Source of the DNA: Gemmatimonas sp.
GTDB lineage: Bacteria > Gemmatimonadota > Gemmatimonadetes > Gemmatimonadales > Gemmatimonadaceae
Direction of reading: 5' to 3'
Assembly (NCBI GenBank): GCA_965279375.1
Contig: OZ257156.1
Coordinates: 3,968,001-4,032,000 of the forward strand
DNA: 64,000 nucleotides
Position 1 is the stretch's first letter, and every line of letters begins with the position of its first letter. The translations under genes and the position numbers were made by a program. This document shows, one piece after another, positions 1-10,765 of the stretch. The notes beneath the pieces were generated by a model. It saw only the letters and a program-made list of their open reading frames with translations, searched no databases and was not told the origin of the DNA.

Positions 1-461
1 GAGAAGCGCACCACGCGCGCGAAGCCGCCCTTGTGCAGCACGACGTCGTTGAGCGACAGCCAATTGCACCGCTCCACGCCACTGCGATCGAGCGCACTCG
101 ACGCGAGCGCCATGCGCGCTTCCGGCTCGAAGTCACCACGCGCGAATCGTCGCACGCCTTCCTCGAATTCCTCGCCGCTGCAGCTGGTGAGGAAGCCAAG
201 TCGGCCGAGGTTGATGCCGAGAATCGGCGCCTCATAGCCGTTCAGAAAGCGCGCGCCGCGCAGCAGCGTGCCGTCACCGCCCAACGTGAGCAGGGCATCG
301 ACCTGCTCGGGGTGCTCCAGGCGATCGCCCTCCTCGGCAATCTCCCAGAGCTCCTCTTCGAACGAGAGTTGCAGTCCCAGCTCCGGTGCGATGTCCAGCA
401 ACGTGCCCAGGATTTGCGGCAACCCCACGTATCCACGGTGACCGACGACGCCGACGCGCAC
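1..461 (-). CDS. nadK: NAD(+) kinase, 3' end runs off the window
   Basis: Not in the ORF track; I translated it by hand from GTG at 461, which overlaps the dxs stop (TAGTG): MRVGVVGHRGY...DALLTLGGDGTLLRGARF...ILGINLGRLGFLT. GGDGT and GINxGRLGFL are NAD kinase motifs. Confidence 0.9.
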   Translation of the reverse strand, partial: MRVGVVGHRGYVGLPQILGTLLDIAPELGLQLSFEEELWEIAEEGDRLEHPEQVDALLTLGGDGTLLRGARFLNGYEAPILGINLGRLGFLTSCSGEEFEEGVRRFARGDFEPEARMALASSALDRSGVERCNWLSLNDVVLHKGGFARVVRF

Positions 462-2353
462 TAGCCGGCCATCGCTTCAGACTCGTGCAACGCACGTACG
501 CGATCGGCGATACCGACCGCATCCAGACCAAGCGAGGCGAGCTGCTTACCACGCGACGCCGAATACACGATGCGATCCGGCACGCCGTGGGTCGCCACGC
601 GCACACTCGGCGCAAGATGCTGGATCGTCGCGCTCATGAAGGCGCCGAAACCGTTCACGACGGTGCCCTCTTCGACGGTGAGCACGTGCGTGTGATCGGC
701 GAGCACGGCGTTCAGCGTGACTGCGTCGTACGGCTTGATGTAGCGGCAATTCACGACGGTGACGTCGAGCCCTTCCGCCGAGAGCGCTTCAGCCGCCGCG
801 AGCGACGTGTTCACCATCGTGCCGACCGCGAGAATGGCAACCTCACGTCCACGACGCAGCACATCCCACGTGCCGAACGGCGTGGCCGGCACCTGCGAGA
901 TGTCCGGCGCCGTGTCAGGCGACGCATCGCGCGGATAGCGCAAGCAGAACGGGCCGCCGGTGTACTCCACACCTGCGCGCAGCAGCGCGAGCATTTCCGT
1001 GGAGTCCTTGGGCGCCGTCACCACCATGCCCGGGATCGAGAGCATGTAGGCGATGTCGTAGAGACCCATGTGCGTCTCGCCGTCTTCACCAACGAGTCCC
1101 GCACGATCCATCGCGAAGACCACAGGCAAATGCTGCAGCGCACAGTCATGGATGATGTTGTCGTAACCGCGCTGCAGGAACGTCGAGTAGATCGTGACGA
1201 CAGGACGCAGGCCGCGTGTCGCCATGCCGGCGGCGAACGTGACCGCGTGTCCTTCGGCGATTCCCACGTCGAAGAAACGGTCGGGATACGTCGCGCCAAA
1301 GCTGCCCGTTCCGGTGCCGCTCGGCATGGCCGCCGTGATCACCACCATGTCCTTTCGCTCGGCGCCCAACGACGTCAGCGCCTTGCCGAACACCGCCGTG
1401 TATGCCGGGTTGGCCGTGGAGGCCTTGAGCTGCTTGCCGGTGGCCGGATCGTGGCCCGGCGGCAGCGCGTGCCACTTCTCGCCGCTTTCGCCGGCGGGAA
1501 ATCCCTTGCCCTTCTTGGTGATGACGTGCACGAGGCGCGGCGTGTTCATGTCGCGCACCGCGGTGAACGTTTCCATCAGCGCGTCGATGTCATGTCCGTC
1601 GATGGGGCCGAAATAGCGGAAGCCCAACTCTTCGAACAGCACGCCCGGCGTGAGGAACGACTTGACGCTCTCTTCCCACTTCCGCAGCAACGTACCCGAC
1701 GCCTTGAACGGGCCCGGCGCGTTGTCCACCAGATCGCCGATCTTGGAACGCAAGCGGTTGTACAGCGGGTTGCGCTGGATGGACGTGAGATACTTGTGCA
1801 TCGCGCCCACGTTCGGCGCGATCGACATCTCGTTGTCGTTGAGGACAACGATCATGTCGCGCTCGGAGTGGCCGGCGTTGTTGAGTCCTTCGTAGGCAAG
1901 TCCGCAGGAGAGCGCGCCGTCGCCGAGGATGGCCGCGACCTTGAACTGCTCGCCCATGACATCACGACCAGCCGCCATGCCCAGTGCGGCAGAGATGGCC
2001 GTGGCAGCGTGGCCGGCACCGAACGTGTCGTAGGGGCTCTCGGTGCGCTTGAGGAAGCCGGACAGTCCCTGCTCGGTGCGCAGCGACTCCATGCGGTCAT
2101 TGCGGCCCGTCAGCAGCTTGTGCGGGTAGGCCTGATGTCCGACGTCCCAGACGATCTGGTCGCGCGGCGTATCGAACACGGCGTGCATCGCGATCGTGAG
2201 CTCAACAACTCCGAGTCCGGCTCCGATGTGACCGCCGGTGCGCGAGCAAACGTCGATCAGACGTGCGCGCATCTCGTCGGCGAGCGTACGGAGCTCGTCG
2301 CGCGTGAGTTGCTTGAGGTCGGCCGGGGACTGGATGCCTTCGAGAATGGCCAT
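461..2353 (-). CDS. dxs: 1-deoxy-D-xylulose-5-phosphate synthase
   Basis: Motifs GGHIGAGLGVVELT, WDVGHQAYPHKLLTGR, GDGALSCG..EGLNN, DVGIAEGHAV, DRAGLVGEDGETH. Start placed at ATG 2353 (MAILEGI). Confidence 0.97.
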   Translation of the reverse strand: MAILEGIQSPADLKQLTRDELRTLADEMRARLIDVCSRTGGHIGAGLGVVELTIAMHAVFDTPRDQIVWDVGHQAYPHKLLTGRNDRMESLRTEQGLSGFLKRTESPYDTFGAGHAATAISAALGMAAGRDVMGEQFKVAAILGDGALSCGLAYEGLNNAGHSERDMIVVLNDNEMSIAPNVGAMHKYLTSIQRNPLYNRLRSKIGDLVDNAPGPFKASGTLLRKWEESVKSFLTPGVLFEELGFRYFGPIDGHDIDALMETFTAVRDMNTPRLVHVITKKGKGFPAGESGEKWHALPPGHDPATGKQLKASTANPAYTAVFGKALTSLGAERKDMVVITAAMPSGTGTGSFGATYPDRFFDVGIAEGHAVTFAAGMATRGLRPVVTIYSTFLQRGYDNIIHDCALQHLPVVFAMDRAGLVGEDGETHMGLYDIAYMLSIPGMVVTAPKDSTEMLALLRAGVEYTGGPFCLRYPRDASPDTAPDISQVPATPFGTWDVLRRGREVAILAVGTMVNTSLAAAEALSAEGLDVTVVNCRYIKPYDAVTLNAVLADHTHVLTVEEGTVVNGFGAFMSATIQHLAPSVRVATHGVPDRIVYSASRGKQLASLGLDAVGIADRVRALHESEAMAG

Positions 2354-2418
2354 GGCTGATATCGGGTGTGGCGACGCGGTCGACAGACCGTGCTGGTAGG
2401 TACTGCGAAAACTGCAGA

Positions 2419-3336
2419 TCAGGAACGACGTTCGACAATGAAGCGCGCGAGCTGCTCGAGCGTCGGAGTCAACAACCCCTCCTCCGCCAGCGCCGCGCAC
2501 CCTTCCTCCACCAACGCTACTGCACGCTCAACGGCTCCCTCGACCCCAAGGAGCGCAGGATAGGTGCTCTTCTGCAAATCCAGGTCACGTCCGGCCGTCT
2601 TCCCCAACTCGTCGGTCGTAGCGGTCACGTCTAACACGTCATCGGCAATCTGAAAGGCGAGGCCGATCGCCTCGCCGTAGCACGCCAACGCCCCGCGACG
2701 TGCTTCCGTGGCCAGAGCGGCACGCGCGCCAAGAGACACCGACGCCGTGATCAGCGCACCGGTCTTGAGGCGATGGACGCGTTCCAGGGCGTCGAGAGAG
2801 AGGTGCACTCCCTCCGCTTCGAGATCGAGCAGCTGCCCGCCGATCATCCCGCCGCCGCCCGAGGCGTCCATCAAATCGCGCACGATTGCGCCTGCCACGT
2901 CATCCGGCAGGCCAAGCGCCTTGGCGGCGTGCCAAGCGCTTCGCGCGGCCAGCGGTACCATCGCCAGCCCTGCCGCCGTCGCCACGGGCACCCCGTACAC
3001 GCGATGCACAGTCGGGCGACCACGACGCACGTCGTCGTCATCCATGCAGGGCAGATCGTCGTGCACGAGCGAATACGCATGCACCACTTCCACGGACGCA
3101 GCGAGATCCCGCGCATCGGCTGTTCCGCCACAGGCACGGTACGCCTCCAGCAGCAGAATGGCGCGCAACCGCTTGCCCTCGCCCAGCAACGAATAGCGAA
3201 TCGCTTCCGCGATCAGCGGCGGCAGGTTGCCCAGCCAGCGCGCGCAGAAGCCGTCCAGCGACTGCTGGACGGCCGTCCGCTCCGTCGCAAAGGACGGCGG
3301 CGCCATCGGAGTTGGCTCAGTTCCAGACACGGTCAC
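2419..3336 (-). CDS. ispA: Geranyltranstransferase / polyprenyl diphosphate synthase
   Basis: GKRLR, SLVHDDLPCMDDDDVRRGRPT, GGQLLDL, KTGAL, FQIADDVLD. Classic xseB-ispA-dxs order. Start uncertain (GTG 3336 or ATG 3306). Confidence 0.93.
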   Translation of the reverse strand: MTVSGTEPTPMAPPSFATERTAVQQSLDGFCARWLGNLPPLIAEAIRYSLLGEGKRLRAILLLEAYRACGGTADARDLAASVEVVHAYSLVHDDLPCMDDDDVRRGRPTVHRVYGVPVATAAGLAMVPLAARSAWHAAKALGLPDDVAGAIVRDLMDASGGGGMIGGQLLDLEAEGVHLSLDALERVHRLKTGALITASVSLGARAALATEARRGALACYGEAIGLAFQIADDVLDVTATTDELGKTAGRDLDLQKSTYPALLGVEGAVERAVALVEEGCAALAEEGLLTPTLEQLARFIVERRS

Positions 3337-3343
3337 GTCGCGT

Positions 3344-3556
3344 TCAGGCCCCCAGCTCCGCCACCGAAAACGACCCATCGGCGGCTTCGACCAACTGCTG
3401 CACACGAGCATCCACCTGCTGCAACGCCGAGCCGGCACTGCGCAGATGCGCGATGCCCTCCTCGAACAACGCCAAGGCGCGATCGAGCTCGACATCGTTG
3501 CGCTCCAGATCGCGCACAATCTCTTCGAGCCGCAACAAACTCTCTTCGAACGTCAT
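3344..3556 (-). CDS. xseB: Exodeoxyribonuclease VII small subunit
   Basis: MTFEESLLRLEEIVRDLE...LDRALALFEEG; coupled to xseA by an ATGA overlap. Confidence 0.95.
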   Translation of the reverse strand: MTFEESLLRLEEIVRDLERNDVELDRALALFEEGIAHLRSAGSALQQVDARVQQLVEAADGSFSVAELGA

Positions 3557-4788
3557 GCCGACTCCGTCCGGGGATACGTGGGCACGCCCTCTGGCAGCGC
3601 GCGCGACTCGCCAGCTACGGCGCGCACGATGCCATCTCGGAGCCAGAGATCGAACGGCATCCCCGACTCGAACTGCCCTCTGTTGCTCAAAGTAGCGCCC
3701 TCAGGCAATCGCGCCACCGCAAATCCGCGTGCCAACGTCGCCAGTGGTGAGAGAGCGTCGAGACGACCGGCGAGCGATTCGAGACGTGCACGCCGGCGCT
3801 CCACGAGTCGTCCGGCCACCAACGACAGTCGCTTCTGCACCTGCGCCAACGAACTGATCGCGCGATCCTCGCGCCGCTGCGCGGCAGCAGCGAGACGCTT
3901 TCCCAGCGACTCGACGCGCGCAATCGTCTCGCGGCGTGACGGCACGGTCAGTTCGGCGGCGGCTGACGGGGTCGCTGCGCGCACGTCCGCGACCAAATCG
4001 CAGATGGTAACGTCCACTTCGTGCCCCACCGCCGAGACCGTCGGCAGCGGGCAGGCCGCCAGCGCCCGGGCCACCCGTTCGTCGTTGAACGCCCACAGAT
4101 CTTCGCGGGCGCCGCCGCCACGCCCGATGATCAGCACGTCCGCGCCTCGCCAACGGGACACTTGCCCGATCGCCGCCACCAGCGATTCGGGAGCGCCCTC
4201 GCCCTGCACCTTGGCTGGCACGATCACGATCTCCACGTCGGCACTGCGCGCACGGGCGACGGTGATGATGTCGTGAATCGCTGCGCCATCGGGGCTCGTG
4301 ATGACCGCAATCCGCCGCGGGAACTGCGGCAGAGGGCGCTTTCGCGCCGGATCCAGCAGACCGTCCTTCTCGAGCCGCGCGCGAGTCTGCTCCAGCGCCT
4401 TGCGCCAAAGCCCGGCGCCCTCCGCTTCCAACGCCGTCACCGAGAACTGCAGATCGCCGCGCACCGGCCAGACGGTCATCTGCCCCTTGGCGAGCACCTG
4501 CATTCCGTCGTCCGGCGGCGCGGGCATGCGACGCTGCGCCGAGCTCCAGACCACGCACTTCACCTGCGCATCCGCATCACGCAGGGCGAAATACCAGTGT
4601 CCGTTGCGATGCGCTTTGAAATCGGTGATCTCGCCGCGCACCCAGAGCGGCGGGAACGCCCCCTCGATCAGGTCCTTGGCCGCCGTGGTCAGCGTGTGCA
4701 CCGCGATTGCCGCCTCAGGCGTGCTTCCCGGGGACGCGTCCGCTGCGGGCGCTGAAGGCCCGTACCCTGACGTGCGACGGCCGGCCAT
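3553..4788 (-). CDS. xseA: Exodeoxyribonuclease VII large subunit
   Basis: WVRGEITDF..GHWYFALRD, ITSPDGAAIHDI, RGGGAREDLWAFNDE, SAVGHEVD, ATPSAAAE. Confidence 0.96.
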   Translation of the reverse strand: MAGRRTSGYGPSAPAADASPGSTPEAAIAVHTLTTAAKDLIEGAFPPLWVRGEITDFKAHRNGHWYFALRDADAQVKCVVWSSAQRRMPAPPDDGMQVLAKGQMTVWPVRGDLQFSVTALEAEGAGLWRKALEQTRARLEKDGLLDPARKRPLPQFPRRIAVITSPDGAAIHDIITVARARSADVEIVIVPAKVQGEGAPESLVAAIGQVSRWRGADVLIIGRGGGAREDLWAFNDERVARALAACPLPTVSAVGHEVDVTICDLVADVRAATPSAAAELTVPSRRETIARVESLGKRLAAAAQRREDRAISSLAQVQKRLSLVAGRLVERRRARLESLAGRLDALSPLATLARGFAVARLPEGATLSNRGQFESGMPFDLWLRDGIVRAVAGESRALPEGVPTYPRTESA

Positions 4789-4792
4789 GCGC

Positions 4793-5692
4793 CTAGACCG
4801 ACGCGTTCGCGTCGAGCGTGCGGGCTGCTGCCCGTACCGTGTTCTTGAGCAGCATCGCGATCGTCATCGGCCCGACACCGCCCGGCACCGGCGTGATTTT
4901 CGATGCCACCTCGACGGCGCTGTCGAAATGCACGTCGCCGCAGAGCCGCGAGCCGCTCGCCCGCGTTGCGTCCGCGACGCGATTCATCCCCACGTCGATC
5001 ACTACCGCGCCCGGCTTGATCATGTCGCCGGTGATCATCTCCGCGCGTCCGATGGCCGCGATCAGGATGTCGGCGCGACGCGTGTGAAAGGCGAGGTCCT
5101 TGGTGCGGCTATGGCAGACGGTCACGGTCGCGTCCGCGCCGGCGCGTCCCTGCACCAGCAACGCGGCCATCGGCTTGCCCACGATGTTGCTCCGCCCCAC
5201 GATCACCGCCTCGGCGCCGCGCGTCTCCACGCCACTGCGCACAAGCAGCTCGATCACGCCCGCTGGTGTGCACGACACGAATCCATCAGTGTGTCCAATC
5301 AGCAGCTTGCCCACGTTGATCGGATGGAAGCCGTCCACATCTTTTTCCGGCAGAATGTGGCGAATCACCACATCCGGATCGATGTGCTTCGGCAACGGCA
5401 TCTGCACGAGAATGCCGTGCACGCTGCCATCCGCGTTCAACCGCTCCACGAGCGCCAGCAGCTCGGCCTGCGACGTTTCGGCAGGCAGCCGTATCGTTTC
5501 GCCCGCCATGCCCGCCGCGCGCGAGGCCTTCTCCTTGGCGCCCACATAAGTCGCGCTCGCCGCGTCCTCGCCCACGAGTACCACGCTCAGGCCGGGCACC
5601 ACGCCGCGCGCAATGAGTGCGGCGGTGTCGTGCGCGACCTCGGCGCGAATCGCCTCTGCGATCGCTTTGCCGTTGATCAACTCAGCGCGCAA
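4793..5692 (-). CDS. folD: Bifunctional methylene-THF dehydrogenase/cyclohydrolase
   Basis: [51 protein letters not shown]. Confidence 0.97.
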   Translation of the reverse strand: MRAELINGKAIAEAIRAEVAHDTAALIARGVVPGLSVVLVGEDAASATYVGAKEKASRAAGMAGETIRLPAETSQAELLALVERLNADGSVHGILVQMPLPKHIDPDVVIRHILPEKDVDGFHPINVGKLLIGHTDGFVSCTPAGVIELLVRSGVETRGAEAVIVGRSNIVGKPMAALLVQGRAGADATVTVCHSRTKDLAFHTRRADILIAAIGRAEMITGDMIKPGAVVIDVGMNRVADATRASGSRLCGDVHFDSAVEVASKITPVPGGVGPMTIAMLLKNTVRAAARTLDANASV

Positions 5693-7259
5693 AGTCCACC
5701 GCCCGGCTCTCGCGAATCACCACTACCTTGATCTGCCCCGGATACTGCAGCTCGGACTCGATGCGGCGCGCGATCTCCTCGGAGAGCGCCGTCATGCGCG
5801 CATCATCCACCTGTTCCGGCGTGACGACTACGCGAATTTCGCGGCCCGCCTGAATCGCGAACACGCGTTCGACGCCACGATAGCTCGACGCGATCTTCTC
5901 GAGTCCTTCCAAACGCTTCACGTATGTCTCGAACGCCTCACGACGCGCACCCGGGCGCGAGCCGGAGATGCTGTCGGCCGCCTGCACGAGCACGGACACC
6001 TCGCTCTCGTGCGGCACGTCGTCGTGATGCGCGGCGATGCAATTCACCACCAGCGGGTTCTCGCCGTACTTGGTGGCGACTTCCACACCAAGTTGTACGT
6101 GCGTCCCTTCATGCTCGTGCGTGAGCACCTTGCCCACATCGTGCAGCAGCGCGCCACGCTTGGCCAGCGCCACGTCGAGCCCCAGCTCCGCCGCCATCAT
6201 CCCCGCCAACCACGCCACTTCCTTGCTGTGGTTGAGGATGTTCTGGCCATAGCTGGTACGCCAGCGCATGCGGCCGATGAGCTTGATGAGCTCGGGATGC
6301 AGTCCAGCAACGCCCACTTCGTAGGCCGCCTGCTCGCCCGTCTCCACGATCGCCACTTCGACTTCCTTGCGCGCCTTGGCGACGACTTCCTCGATGCGCC
6401 CCGGATGGATGCGACCGTCGCTCACGAGCTTCTCGAGCGCCAGCCGTGCCGTTTCGCGACGCACCGGATCGAAGCACGACACCACCACCGTATCCGGCGT
6501 GTCGTCGATGATCACGTCGACGCCGGTCGCCAGCTCGAACGCGCGAATGTTGCGCCCTTCACGCCCGATGATGCGACCCTTCATCTCATCGTTGGGCAGC
6601 GACACGGCCGACACCGTCGTCTCCGCTGTCGTCTCCGCCGCCACGCGCTGCACGGCCAATGCAACGATCTTCTTGGCCTCGCGTTCGGCATTCCGCTTGG
6701 CCGACTCGCGAATCTCGCGCAAACGACTCGCCGCGTCCGCCAGCGCCGTATCCTCCATGCGCCGCATGAGCTCGGCCTTCGCCGTCTCCGCCGTCAGCCC
6801 CGCCATCTGCTCCAGGCGACGCTTCCCCTCCTCAACCATCGACTCGATTTCCTGCTCGCGCTGCGCCGTGCGCGCTTCCCGTCGGCCGAGGTCACTGGTC
6901 CGCTTTTGCAGCTCCTGCTCGCGTCCTTCGAGCGAATCGCGCGTGCGGTCCAGCTGCCCTTCGCGATCCTGCACGCGCTTTTCCTCGCGCTCCACATCGC
7001 TGCGGCGCTGGCGTACTTCCTGCTCGATCGACTCGCGCAGCTGCAGAATCTCTTCCTTGCCGGAGACGACGGCGCCTTTGCGCAACGTCTCCGCTTCCCG
7101 ACGCGCCTCGTCGACGATACGCGTGGCCGTCTCGTCCGCCGTCGCCTTGGCACGGCGTTGCTTCTCCAACTCGGCCTTTCGCTCCAGCCGCTGTCCGGCC
7201 ACGAACGCAACGACAGCCGAGATCAGTCCCGCGACCAGCGCAGGGAGAAAATCAACCAT
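5682..7259 (-). CDS. rny: Ribonuclease Y
   Basis: N-terminal TM segment and coiled coil, KH domain ([14 protein letters not shown]), HD domain (RTSYGQN..HS..LLHDVGK), SRPGARRE. Confidence 0.97.
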   Translation of the reverse strand: MVDFLPALVAGLISAVVAFVAGQRLERKAELEKQRRAKATADETATRIVDEARREAETLRKGAVVSGKEEILQLRESIEQEVRQRRSDVEREEKRVQDREGQLDRTRDSLEGREQELQKRTSDLGRREARTAQREQEIESMVEEGKRRLEQMAGLTAETAKAELMRRMEDTALADAASRLREIRESAKRNAEREAKKIVALAVQRVAAETTAETTVSAVSLPNDEMKGRIIGREGRNIRAFELATGVDVIIDDTPDTVVVSCFDPVRRETARLALEKLVSDGRIHPGRIEEVVAKARKEVEVAIVETGEQAAYEVGVAGLHPELIKLIGRMRWRTSYGQNILNHSKEVAWLAGMMAAELGLDVALAKRGALLHDVGKVLTHEHEGTHVQLGVEVATKYGENPLVVNCIAAHHDDVPHESEVSVLVQAADSISGSRPGARREAFETYVKRLEGLEKIASSYRGVERVFAIQAGREIRVVVTPEQVDDARMTALSEEIARRIESELQYPGQIKVVVIRESRAVDFAR

Positions 7260-7307
7260 CGGGATCTATGCTCCACCGCGTCGGGACGCGGATTCGATGT
7301 ACGCCGA

Positions 7308-7470
7308 AAACGGCTTTATGTGCGACAGGCTCGACCGCGCAACCAATGCCCGCGAGTCACCCACACGCCTGCGGTGATCCACGGGTTCGGCACGACAACG
7401 CCCTATGCGGTCAACGTACGGAAATGCTTGGCACACCGCAACCTGCGTGCCCTTGCCTGTCACGCCGTTT
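7308..7470 (-). ncRNA. ssrS: Probable 6S RNA (SsrS)
   Basis: Lies between zapA and rny, the established 6S position. The minus-strand ends pair as a closing stem (AAACGGC..GTGACAGGC with GCCTGTCGC..GCCGTTT). About 165 nt, with an internal GAACCC and hairpins. No covariance search was run. Confidence 0.7.
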
Positions 7471-7828
7471 AACCGGCTGACGGCTCCTCGCCACGCTTTG
7501 CCGGCGGCAACAGCGGACGGATATCAGCCGCGAGCTGCCGCATCTCCTGCGTCATCGCCGCAACGGCAGACCGTTCACGAAAGAGCTCGTCGGTGATCTG
7601 CAGCGCGGCGAGGATCGCCGCCTTCTGCGTTTCCAGCGTTGGACCGCCGGACATGATTGCCCGAATGGTGCGATCGACATGTTCGGCCACGGACTGAGTG
7701 TGCTGCGCCGACGCCTCCGTCCGAAGCGTGTACTCCTCGCCCACGATCTTGACCCGCACGACGCTCTTGTTGTCGAGCATGCCGTCCATCATCCCATCCA
7801 TCGACCCGTCCCGACGCTCGCTGTTCAC
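7469..7828 (-). CDS. zapA: Cell division protein ZapA
   Basis: VRVKIVGEEYTL...VAEHVDRTIRAI...KAAILAALQITDELF; pheT-zapB-zapA-6S-rny synteny. The true start may be a downstream Met. Confidence 0.88.
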   Translation of the reverse strand: MNSERRDGSMDGMMDGMLDNKSVVRVKIVGEEYTLRTEASAQHTQSVAEHVDRTIRAIMSGGPTLETQKAAILAALQITDELFRERSAVAAMTQEMRQLAADIRPLLPPAKRGEEPSAG

Positions 7829-8310
7829 TTCTCCGTCCCCTGCCCGATCTGCTGACGAAGAAAACGCATGCGCTCGGCCAGCTGCGCCGTCCGCTCCCGT
7901 GCTTCCTCGAGCAACGACCGCAACTCAGCGTTCTCCCGCACCAGGGCGGCGTCTGCAACTTCGGCCAAGGCGGCAGGGTCAGGCGAGGCCGCGCGCTCCG
8001 ATGCCTCGGCCAGCGCAGCCGCGGCCGCCGACGCCGCGGCGGTCGCCGCTTCTGCTGCCGACGACTCGGCACGAGCCCGCGCTGCACGTGCCTCGATCAG
8101 GTCGCGCCGCGCAGCCGCGAGCTCGTCTCGCAGCGCGTCCCGTTCGACGGTCACTTGCACCTCGCCGTCTCGCGACCCGATCAGCAGCGCGTCGAGCTCA
8201 CGCATCCGCGCCTCAGCGGCCATCGCTCGACGGCGATATCCGGCGAGCTGGTCGCTGAGATTGCGGACCAGCGTATCGAGCTCACGAAAGGCGAAGACTT
8301 CAGGTCGCAC
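7825..8310 (-). CDS. Coiled-coil protein, ZapB-like position
   Basis: GTG at 8310 overlaps the pheT end. Heptad-rich, Ala-rich linker, C-terminal LVRENAELRSLLEEARERTAQLAERMRFL. Sits upstream of zapA. Confidence 0.7.
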   Translation of the reverse strand: MRPEVFAFRELDTLVRNLSDQLAGYRRRAMAAEARMRELDALLIGSRDGEVQVTVERDALRDELAAARRDLIEARAARARAESSAAEAATAAASAAAAALAEASERAASPDPAALAEVADAALVRENAELRSLLEEARERTAQLAERMRFLRQQIGQGTEK

Positions 8311-10765
8311 GCGCTCGGATTCCCAGTTCCTTGTCGAGGCTCTCCAGCAACTTCGCGCGACGTCCATCGAGTTCGCGCTGCCCAAGCGTCCGCTCCGGAT
8401 GACGGAAGGTCAACCGCCAGCCCAGGCTGCGATAGCCCGGCGCGATGCCGGTACCACGGAACTCGTCGAACAGCGCCACTCGCTCCAGCAAGTCACCGCC
8501 CACCCGGCGCAGCACTGCTGCCACGCTCTCCGCCGTGGTCGCATCCGGCACCAGCAGCGCCATGTCGAACTCGGCAGCCGGTGTGACGGGCAGTGGCTTG
8601 AAGCGAATACCGGCTGACGATGGAGAGGGCCGTTCCACTCGCTCCGTGTGCGCGCACGAACCTGGCGGCGCGACATCCTGCGAAGGCATCACACCAAGCG
8701 TGAGTTCCACGCCGAAGACCTCGGACGCCCATACCGGTCGATCGAGCGAGACACGCACCACGCGACCGACCAGCTCGCCCGTCACGTTCCCCTCCGCGCC
8801 GCTGCCCGTGCGATAGACGTTCCAGAGCACCTCGCCCTCGCCAGGCTTGAGCCCCACCGCGCCGTCGCCGAACACCACTGTGCTCACGCGCTCGGCCAGC
8901 GCCTTGACGTCCCACACGTCGAACGCCGGCGGTTGCGGTTCCGTGAAATGCGACGGACGGCGTGCGCCCATGATCAACGCGGCGACCCGCACTTCTTCGC
9001 GCGGCAGACGCCCCTTGGTGGGCACGAACGCGTTGCCCACCTCGAAAAGCCTGACGTTGCCCTGCATGCGCGACAGGTTGTACTCAGCGCGGCGCGCCAG
9101 CGTGTCGAGCAGCGATGCGCGCAGATACGGCTCGTCGTCAGCCAGTGGGTTGAGCACGCGCGGGGTGCTGTCGTCACCAGTCGCGGTAAACGGCATCGGC
9201 CGCACTTCCGAAAGTCCCAACGAGACGAGCGCATCACGCACGCGTCGTCCGACCAAATGCAACGCGTGGTCAGGCGCCGTACCCGGACGGAACGGACGCA
9301 GTTCATCGGGAAGCGCGTCGAAGCCGATCAGTCGCGCGACTTCCTCGATGAGATCGACTTCGAGCAGCAAGTCATGACGCCACGCCGGAGACTGCACGTG
9401 CAACGCCTCACCGGCGTCGGTCACGACGCAGCCCAGTGACGTCAGGCGACGCGTGATCTCGTCGCGCGAGACGTCTACGCCAAGGAGACGGGCCAGTCGT
9501 GACGGCCGCAGCGCGATCGCCGCGCGCGATGCCGGCGCAGCGCCCACTTCGAGCGCCATTGAGACGGTACCGCCCGCCACCTGCGCGATCAACGCCGCGC
9601 CGAACATGGCCATCTCTTTCGTCGCCGCGCCATCGATGCCGCGCTCGTAGCGATAGCTCGCATCGGTGGTGAGTCCCACGGCCTTGCGCACACGACGCAC
9701 AAAACGCGCATCGAACAGCGCGACTTCCAGCAACACGTCGGTGGTGGTCTCGGTCACTTCGCTGTCGCGCCCACCCATGACACCGGCCAACGCGACCGGC
9801 CGCTCGCCATCACAGATCACCGTGGTGCCTTCGGCGATCGCGCGCTCGGTGCCGTCGAGCGTGACGAGCGATTCGCCCGCGCGCGTGGGACGCACCACAA
9901 TCGACGAACCCGCCAACTTGTGCAGATCGAACGCGTGCACCGGCTGACCCATCCCGTGCAGCACGTAGTTAGTGGCATCGACCACGTTGCTGATGCTGCG
10001 CTGACCGATGCTCTCCAGCCGCTTCACCAGCCACGCCGGGCTCGGCCCCACCTTTACGCCGCGAATCACTACCGCCACGTAGCGCGAGCAGCTCGCAGAG
10101 TCCTCCACGCGAATCGTGATGCCGTCGTGCGACACCTCGCGATCGCCGTGATGCACGACCGTGTGGAGCTCCACACCCGCGAGGTCGCTCGTGGGGAACG
10201 GCGAAATCGGCGCGCCGAGAATCGCGTGCAGTTCGCGCGCCACACCGCGGTGCGACAAGAGGTCGGGGCGATTGGGCAGGACGTCTAGGTCGAGCTGTGC
10301 GTCGGACGCCGTCAGCACCTGGAGCAACGGCGTACCCGGCGCCACATCAGTTTCGAGCGTCAGGATGCCGTCGTGCTCTTCACCAAGCCCAAGCTCGCGC
10401 GCTGAACAGAGCATGCCGTTGGACGTCTCGCCGCGAATCTTCCGCTTCTCGATCTTGAGACCGGCGGGCATGATCGTGCCGGTGCGTGCGAACGGATACT
10501 TCGCCCCGGCGACGACATTCGGCGCGCCGCACACCACGTCCAGCAACGTGCCGCTGCCGTCGTCCACCTTGGTGACCCAGAGGTGATCTGAATTGGGATG
10601 ACGCCCCGCTTCCACCACCTGTGCCACCACGAACGCCGACAGATCCGCGCCCACGCCACGAATGCCATCGAGCGTGACGCAATGACGGCTCAGGAGATCA
10701 CCGATCTCTTCGGCCGAATGCGAATGCGGAACGAACTGCTTGAGCCACTCGTGCGAGACGATCAT
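8300..10765 (-). CDS. pheT: Phenylalanine-tRNA ligase beta subunit
   Basis: MIVSHEWL, HPNSDHL, VVCGAPNV, SNGMLCSARELG, PNRPDLLSHRGVARE, RHDLLLEVDLIEEVAR, FDX-ACB C-terminus. Confidence 0.97.
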   Translation of the reverse strand: MIVSHEWLKQFVPHSHSAEEIGDLLSRHCVTLDGIRGVGADLSAFVVAQVVEAGRHPNSDHLWVTKVDDGSGTLLDVVCGAPNVVAGAKYPFARTGTIMPAGLKIEKRKIRGETSNGMLCSARELGLGEEHDGILTLETDVAPGTPLLQVLTASDAQLDLDVLPNRPDLLSHRGVARELHAILGAPISPFPTSDLAGVELHTVVHHGDREVSHDGITIRVEDSASCSRYVAVVIRGVKVGPSPAWLVKRLESIGQRSISNVVDATNYVLHGMGQPVHAFDLHKLAGSSIVVRPTRAGESLVTLDGTERAIAEGTTVICDGERPVALAGVMGGRDSEVTETTTDVLLEVALFDARFVRRVRKAVGLTTDASYRYERGIDGAATKEMAMFGAALIAQVAGGTVSMALEVGAAPASRAAIALRPSRLARLLGVDVSRDEITRRLTSLGCVVTDAGEALHVQSPAWRHDLLLEVDLIEEVARLIGFDALPDELRPFRPGTAPDHALHLVGRRVRDALVSLGLSEVRPMPFTATGDDSTPRVLNPLADDEPYLRASLLDTLARRAEYNLSRMQGNVRLFEVGNAFVPTKGRLPREEVRVAALIMGARRPSHFTEPQPPAFDVWDVKALAERVSTVVFGDGAVGLKPGEGEVLWNVYRTGSGAEGNVTGELVGRVVRVSLDRPVWASEVFGVELTLGVMPSQDVAPPGSCAHTERVERPSPSSAGIRFKPLPVTPAAEFDMALLVPDATTAESVAAVLRRVGGDLLERVALFDEFRGTGIAPGYRSLGWRLTFRHPERTLGQRELDGRRAKLLESLDKELGIRARAT

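Noticed and set aside
386..2359. Long plus-strand ORFs antisense to real genes (also 5613-7472, 20766-22880, 43244-44869 and others)
   Set aside because: Arg/His-rich shadow frames typical of high-GC codon bias; no motifs; each lies fully opposite a well-supported gene.
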